Positions 59,100 through 64,000 of a DNA stretch of 64,000 bases are shown piece after piece. How positions within the stretch are numbered: position 1 is the stretch's first letter; every line of letters begins with the position of its first letter. A model generated the notes under the pieces. That model was not told where the DNA came from. It saw only the letters and a program-made list of their open reading frames with translations, and made no database searches. The DNA lies in assembly GCA_963796105.1 (NCBI GenBank), contig CAWCKJ010000004.1, forward strand, positions 736,001-800,000, read 5' to 3'. The stretch is from a candidate division FCPU426 bacterium. GTDB taxonomy: Bacteria > Oederibacteriota > Muellerivitia > Muellerivitales > Muellerivitaceae. Made by a program: the position numbers and the translations under genes.

Positions 59100-59656
59100 G
59101 CTGGCCGCGAATCCGGCAAGATTTCAGAGGAATGGATCAGGGTAATCCCGTTTCGCCGCATCTGGGCCAGGGCCTTCTCCCCGTCCCCCGGCTTGGCGTT
59201 CACCGCGGCCACGGCGTCCTCGATGACGAAAGTCTCGAATCCCTTCCGGTCCGAGTCCAGTGCCGTCGCTTTGACGCAGTAATCGGTGGCGAGCCCCGCC
59301 AGAAAAAGCTCGTTGACGTCCTTCTCCCTCAGGTACTTGTCCAGGTCCTTGCTGGTGGCCTCGAAGGCCGAGTAGCCGTCGTCCTTGTTGTTGGTTCCCT
59401 TCAGGAAGGTTTCCTGGATTTTTTTCGCGTCGAGGGCGGGATGGAACTCCGCGCCGGGCGTGTTCTGGACGCAATGGGGCGGCCATTTCTTGAAATGCGC
59501 GCTTCCCGCGGGATGCCAGGACTTGGAGGCGATCACCAGGGGGAAGGAGGCCATCAGGGAGTTGATGACCGGCACCACCTTGTCCCCCTCGGGAACCGCG
59601 AGGGTTCCGCCGGGGCAGAAGTCGTTTTGAACGTCCAAGATCAATAAGGCTTTCAT
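59096..59656 (-). CDS. pncA: Nicotinamidase/pyrazinamidase
   Basis: DVQNDFCPGGTLAV, WPPHCVQ, KG, GLATDYCV. Confidence 0.93.
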   Translation of the reverse strand: MKALLILDVQNDFCPGGTLAVPEGDKVVPVINSLMASFPLVIASKSWHPAGSAHFKKWPPHCVQNTPGAEFHPALDAKKIQETFLKGTNNKDDGYSAFEATSKDLDKYLREKDVNELFLAGLATDYCVKATALDSDRKGFETFVIEDAVAAVNAKPGDGEKALAQMRRNGITLIHSSEILPDSRPA

Positions 59657-59689
59657 TTAACCTCCCTTCAAGCGGTTCCTAATGAGGTT

Positions 59690-59995
59690 CTATAAAATCT
59701 CATCCAAAAGACGCGAGCCATGAAGAACCCGGTGTATTTCGGTTTTTTTATTTTGAACAACGTAAAAAACAAGATAATCCTCAAGTATCAAGACACGATA
59801 ACCAAGCCGTTTTAATTTTTCGTGCCGGGGTATCCGGCCCATTAATGGGTGGGATTCCAAATGCCCAATCCGTTTGGCCAAAGCCTCCACAAAATTCAAG
59901 GCGCGGGCGGGATTGTCTTTGGCGATCCAATCGACAATGGCCGTCAAGTCATCCTGGGCTATGGGAAGATACGTCAGGGAAATCTTATTTAGCAT
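59690..59995 (-). CDS. RelE/ParE-family toxin
   Basis: AQDDL..I..IAKDNP..A..HPLMGR..YR..YLVFY..IHRVLHG. Confidence 0.9.
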   Translation of the reverse strand: MLNKISLTYLPIAQDDLTAIVDWIAKDNPARALNFVEALAKRIGHLESHPLMGRIPRHEKLKRLGYRVLILEDYLVFYVVQNKKTEIHRVLHGSRLLDEIL

Positions 59996-60254
59996 GAACG
60001 CGTTGTTTCAGGGCCTGAAGCATCTGAGTGTGGGAAATGCCCTTAACACCGGAAGCGGATTGGGATTGGGCTACTGAAAGTTTTTCAAAAAGATCCAATT
60101 CGGCCTTCAATTTTTCATAGTGTTCCATGCTCATGACCACTAAATCCCCCTCGCCGTTGGTGGTCAAATAAACAGGCTCATCCTGTTCATGACATAGGGT
60201 GGAAATTTTACGGGCGTGGTTCCGAAGACTGGAAATGGATTTGATGATGGCCAT
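59985..60254 (-). CDS. Phd/YefM-family antitoxin
   Basis: ISSLRN..EPVYLTTNGEGDLVVMSMEHYE; overlaps toxin start. Confidence 0.9.
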   Translation of the reverse strand: MAIIKSISSLRNHARKISTLCHEQDEPVYLTTNGEGDLVVMSMEHYEKLKAELDLFEKLSVAQSQSASGVKGISHTQMLQALKQRVHAK

Positions 60255-60335
60255 AAGCGCTTTGCTCCTTCATTGGGGATAAGCGCAAATTAACACCAAA
60301 TATTGATAATATCAAGGGACCTTTCCTGCGGAAAC

Positions 60336-62255
60336 TTACCGGTTGAACAGTTGGGGAATGAAGGTCGTCAGGAAAGGCACGTAGGTGATCAACAAGACCA
60401 TGGCGTACAGCATGGCCAGCATGGGCAGGACGGATTTATAGACTTCCACCATGGGCTTCTTGAAGCGGTAGGAGGACAGGAAGAGGTTCAATCCCAGGGG
60501 CGGGGTGAGAAAGCCCAGCTCCATGTTGGCCAGGAAAATGATCCCCATGTGAACGGGGTCCACGCCGAAGGCCTGGGAAATCGGGATCAAAAGCGGGACC
60601 ACCACGATGATGGCCGCGAAGATTTCCAGGAGACCCCCGACAAAAAGCAGCATCACGTTCACCATCAGGAGGAATAGCCATTGGGAATGCACGGTGGCGC
60701 TCACCCAGGATGCCAGCTTGGCCGGGATCTGGGCGTCCACCATGTCGTTGGTGAATCCCAGGGAGACACCCAGGATCAGGAGCACGCCTCCCACCAGGAT
60801 GCCGCACTCCATGATGACCGTGGGAATGTGCTTGATTTTCAGCCCTCTATATATGAAGACCTCCACGATAAAGGCGTACATGGCGGTCAGGGCCGCCGAT
60901 TCAACCAGGGTGACCTTGACGACAAAAAGGAAGAAGAAGACCACCAGGGGAAGGACCAGTTCAAATTTCGCTGCCCAGAGCGACTCCAGGGCCTCCCGGC
61001 GCGTGAAAGGATGCTTGGCGGCCTGCTCGGAGGAGCCTTTCCAGATGCCCCAGGCGGCGGTTCCCAAAACCAGCAGGGTTCCCGGGAGAAGGCCTCCCAG
61101 GAACAGCTTGTCGATGGGCGTGTGGGAGACAACCCCGTAAAGGATGACCGGAAGGCTGGGGGGAAACAGCAGGCCCAGGGAGCCGGCGGAAGTCAAAAGC
61201 CCCAGCGAGTTCCTTTCCGTGTACCTTTCCGCGATGAGGATGGGCATCAAGAGCCCGCCCAAGGCCAGGATGGTGACGCCGGACCCCCCGGTGAAAGCCG
61301 TGAAGAAGGCGCAGACCAGGCAGGTCACGATGGCCGGCCCGCCCTTCAAGGACCCGAAGAGGGCCTGGAAAACCCGAAGAAGCCGTTTGGAGGCCCCGCC
61401 TTCCGCCAGCAAATAACCCGTCAGCGTGAAAAGCGGGATCGTCGGGATGGTGGGGTTCACCACCATGCGGTAGGTTTCGGCCGGGATGGAGCTGATGGGA
61501 GTCTCGGAATTCCACAGGAAGAAAAGCGCCGCGCCGCCCAAGGCCACGAAAACCGGCGCTCCCAAGACGACCGCCGTGATCAAGAGAACGAAAGCCAGGA
61601 TGAGGAACCCCTGGGGAGGGTTATGGACAAAGAAACCCAAAGAAGCCAGTGCTGCTGTCACCAGCAAGGTATAAAACCTCTCCCTCATCTCGCCGGAGGA
61701 GCGCCACACGAGCCGGCCCACGATCAGGGAAAAACCGAAGGGAAGAAGGCAAAGCACCGCCCAGGTGGGGATGCCCAGCGACACCATGTCCCCCGAGTCC
61801 TTCTCGATCAGGACGAAACTGAGGCTGGCCTTGGCCAGGTAAAAGGTGATGGCCCCGCCAAAACCGTAAGTGAGGATGCGAACCGTGTTCTTGTGGCGGT
61901 CGGGAATCAGGCCGGCCGTGGAGGCGAGGGCCAGGAGTTTTCCCTCCCTGGCGGCGATAGCCCCGCCGAACATCATGATGGCCAAAATCGTGTGCTGGAC
62001 CAGAGTGAGGGAGCCGGGGACGATGTTGGCCGGGATGAAATGAAAGAGGGGATTCAGCTTCCGGCCGATGATGTCCAACAGGGGGAGAAGCATCATGAAG
62101 CCGAAGAAGAAGGTCAGAAGGAGGTTCTCCACCGGGTGCCAGAAGGCTTTCTTGGCGGGGAGCGCCGTGGGGTCGCCCTCGAACATCAAACCTTCCCCCG
62201 GAGCCATTTCTTCCGGAGGAGCCGCTGGCATGGGATTGACGGGTTCAGACGGCAT
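60336..62255 (-). CDS. dctM: TRAP transporter fused small/large permease (DctQM)
   Basis: IPLFTLTG, GSLGLLFPPS, GVDPVHMGIIF, LTPPLGLNLF; N-terminal DctQ-like segment. Confidence 0.92.
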   Translation of the reverse strand: MPSEPVNPMPAAPPEEMAPGEGLMFEGDPTALPAKKAFWHPVENLLLTFFFGFMMLLPLLDIIGRKLNPLFHFIPANIVPGSLTLVQHTILAIMMFGGAIAAREGKLLALASTAGLIPDRHKNTVRILTYGFGGAITFYLAKASLSFVLIEKDSGDMVSLGIPTWAVLCLLPFGFSLIVGRLVWRSSGEMRERFYTLLVTAALASLGFFVHNPPQGFLILAFVLLITAVVLGAPVFVALGGAALFFLWNSETPISSIPAETYRMVVNPTIPTIPLFTLTGYLLAEGGASKRLLRVFQALFGSLKGGPAIVTCLVCAFFTAFTGGSGVTILALGGLLMPILIAERYTERNSLGLLTSAGSLGLLFPPSLPVILYGVVSHTPIDKLFLGGLLPGTLLVLGTAAWGIWKGSSEQAAKHPFTRREALESLWAAKFELVLPLVVFFFLFVVKVTLVESAALTAMYAFIVEVFIYRGLKIKHIPTVIMECGILVGGVLLILGVSLGFTNDMVDAQIPAKLASWVSATVHSQWLFLLMVNVMLLFVGGLLEIFAAIIVVVPLLIPISQAFGVDPVHMGIIFLANMELGFLTPPLGLNLFLSSYRFKKPMVEVYKSVLPMLAMLYAMVLLITYVPFLTTFIPQLFNR

Positions 62256-62257
62256 TA

Positions 62258-63286
62258 TTATTCGGCCGTCTTCTTGGCCCTGTATTCATCGCGGTACTTG
62301 ATGGCCAACTCCATGATGTCGGTGGGGATGAGGGTGCCGGAAATCTGGGGCTTGAAGTCCAGGAAGAGTTTTTCCCATTGGGCGTACTGCTCCGCCGTGA
62401 TCTCGTGGGTCTCCAGGCCGTGCTCCTTCATCACGTCGATGGCCTTGTCGGAGTTCTGGCGGATGTCATCCCGGAAGCCCTTGCCGGCCGCGGCCGCGGC
62501 CCTCTGGATGGCGGGGCGCGAGGCCTCGGGGATCTTTTCCCAGGCCTTGGTGGTGATGATGGTGGCGCCGATCAAGGGGCACCATTTCATGTTCGTCATG
62601 TGCTTGGCCAGGGCGAACCATTGGAAGGACAGCGCAGCGATGGGGGTGGTGTCGAAACAGTTGATCATGCCGGTCTGGAGGTTGGGGAGGATGTCCGTAG
62701 CGGCCAGGGGAATGGGGGAAAAGCCGGCCGAATGCCAGATGTTCATGGTGTCCGGATCGTCGCCCCAGACGAAGAGCTTCATTTTTTTCAGGTCATCGGG
62801 GGTCAGGATGGGGGTCTTTCCGAAGAAGTACACCCAGCCGGCCTCGCCCCAGTTGAGCACCTTGAAGCCCTTGGCTTCCAGGCGCTTCTCAAGGATCGGC
62901 TGCATCTTCGCGCGCACGTAATCGCTCTCCGCGAAGTCCTTGTAAAGCATGGGGATGGAAAGTACTTCCACGGCCTTGTCGATCTTGGCCAGCCCCACCA
63001 CGGTCACCACGCCCACCTGGATCTGGTTGATGCGCATCTTGGTGATGATGTCCGGCTCGTCGCCCAGGACGCCGTTTCCGAAAACCTTCAGCTTCACTCC
63101 GGCGGTTTTCCATTTATTTCCCATTTCCTGGAGGATGTTGTCCCAGGAGGAATGCTCGGGGGCGAGGGTTCCCAGCTTCAGGGTCATCATTTCCTCTTCC
63201 TGGGCGTTCAAGGCCGGTGCCAGGAATACACCCGCGAAGAACAGGAGCCCCATCGCAAGGCTGGTGAGTCTTATAAATGATTTCAT
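62258..63286 (-). CDS. dctP: TRAP substrate-binding protein DctP (TatP type)
   Basis: Signal peptide; LGTLAPEHSSW, GVLGDE, LQTGMI. Confidence 0.9.
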   Translation of the reverse strand: MKSFIRLTSLAMGLLFFAGVFLAPALNAQEEEMMTLKLGTLAPEHSSWDNILQEMGNKWKTAGVKLKVFGNGVLGDEPDIITKMRINQIQVGVVTVVGLAKIDKAVEVLSIPMLYKDFAESDYVRAKMQPILEKRLEAKGFKVLNWGEAGWVYFFGKTPILTPDDLKKMKLFVWGDDPDTMNIWHSAGFSPIPLAATDILPNLQTGMINCFDTTPIAALSFQWFALAKHMTNMKWCPLIGATIITTKAWEKIPEASRPAIQRAAAAAGKGFRDDIRQNSDKAIDVMKEHGLETHEITAEQYAQWEKLFLDFKPQISGTLIPTDIMELAIKYRDEYRAKKTAE

Positions 63287-63371
63287 TAAATTCCCCCTTA
63301 AGTTCGGACCAGCGCGAAAACATTACTACCATGAAACACAGCACGAAAAGACAATTTTTTTGAACCGCTGA

Positions 63372-64000
63372 TTACTGAGCGAAGATCGAGTCCTCGTGCG
63401 CCAAAAGCCAGCGGGCCCTCTTTTGGGTGATCAGGTTCACCAGGCGGCTGCCGGGCTTCTTGTCCGGGTCGATCGCCAGGGCCTTGTTCAGCATCTCCTC
63501 GAATTCGTCCCGGTTTTGCTCTTTCTCGTCCACCGCCTCGGCCCAGTTCACGTAGGTGGAGACGCTTTGGCCGTGGTTCAACACCAGGGCCCGGTCAAAA
63601 TGTTCCTTGGCTTTCTTCGCCGAGCCGCCCATCATGGCGGGCTTTCCCCCCTCGTAGGTAATGAGGAAATCATGCAGCGCCCCCTCGTCATAGTCGGGAT
63701 CAAGCTCATAGGCCCGGTAGATGAGGGCCTCGGCCTGGGGCACGTCGGAAACCAACTCGGGATCGTCCTTGCCGATGGAAATGGCGGCCATCCAGGAAAG
63801 ACCGGTCCAATAAAGGAGGTCCATGTCCTCCTTCTTGGCCTTGGCTGCCGTTCCCTTGGGATCGGTCATCAGCGTCTTGGAGAAATGCTCATGCCGGACA
63901 TCCAGGCCCCTCAACCCGTAATCCCTCGCGCGGATGTAGAGGTTCTTGGCCCTCAGGTTGAGTTCCTTGGATTTCTCGTAATTCTTGTCCGCGATATACT
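63372..64000 (-). CDS. TRAP-associated TPR protein TatT (5'-truncated by window edge)
   Basis: LYIRARDYGLRGL, LLYWTG..W, MGGSAKKAKEHFDRAL, KRARWLL; directly upstream of dctP. Confidence 0.85.
   Translation of the reverse strand, partial: YIADKNYEKSKELNLRAKNLYIRARDYGLRGLDVRHEHFSKTLMTDPKGTAAKAKKEDMDLLYWTGLSWMAAISIGKDDPELVSDVPQAEALIYRAYELDPDYDEGALHDFLITYEGGKPAMMGGSAKKAKEHFDRALVLNHGQSVSTYVNWAEAVDEKEQNRDEFEEMLNKALAIDPDKKPGSRLVNLITQKRARWLLAHEDSIFAQ

Noticed and set aside
60681..62921. 746-aa plus-strand ORF
   Set aside because: Antisense shadow of dctQM/dctP caused by high-GC codon bias; no motifs

Overview
Chromosomal window from a diderm bacterium of moderately high GC. It is dominated by cell-envelope genes. 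There are five GT-C-type membrane glycosyltransferases (three are close ArnT/PMT-like paralogues with a C-terminal TPR), a PAP2 phosphatase and six predicted lipoproteins that share a Cys-S-S/N-N-S-P start. There are also two paralogous TPR + small outer-membrane beta-barrel proteins, a barrel-patatin fusion and a ~2000-aa Thr/Pro-rich secreted protein with a FlgD-Ig/T9SS-CTD-like tail. Housekeeping and accessory genes include lipA, pncA, a TatT-DctP-DctQM (TPAT/TRAP) transporter, a B12 radical SAM enzyme, nitronate monooxygenase, NUDIX, a PadR-flavodoxin operon, two toxin-antitoxin pairs and an AAA_14/DUF4143 ATPase. An IS1595-family element with an 8-bp target duplication interrupts one lipoprotein gene. 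Intergenic DNA is rich in structure: a modular hairpin-array element (two long copies and one partial copy), switch-like lipoprotein leaders, 7-mer and 22-mer repeats, and a palindromic element beside a catalytically degenerate RAYT-like gene. The best candidate for an undescribed system is a surface-lipoprotein display apparatus: lipoproteins with a shared sorting motif, Slam-like TPR-barrel partners and TPR-bearing O-glycosyltransferases. No rRNA, tRNA or CRISPR array was recognised. All family assignments come from reading motifs by eye, not from database searches.
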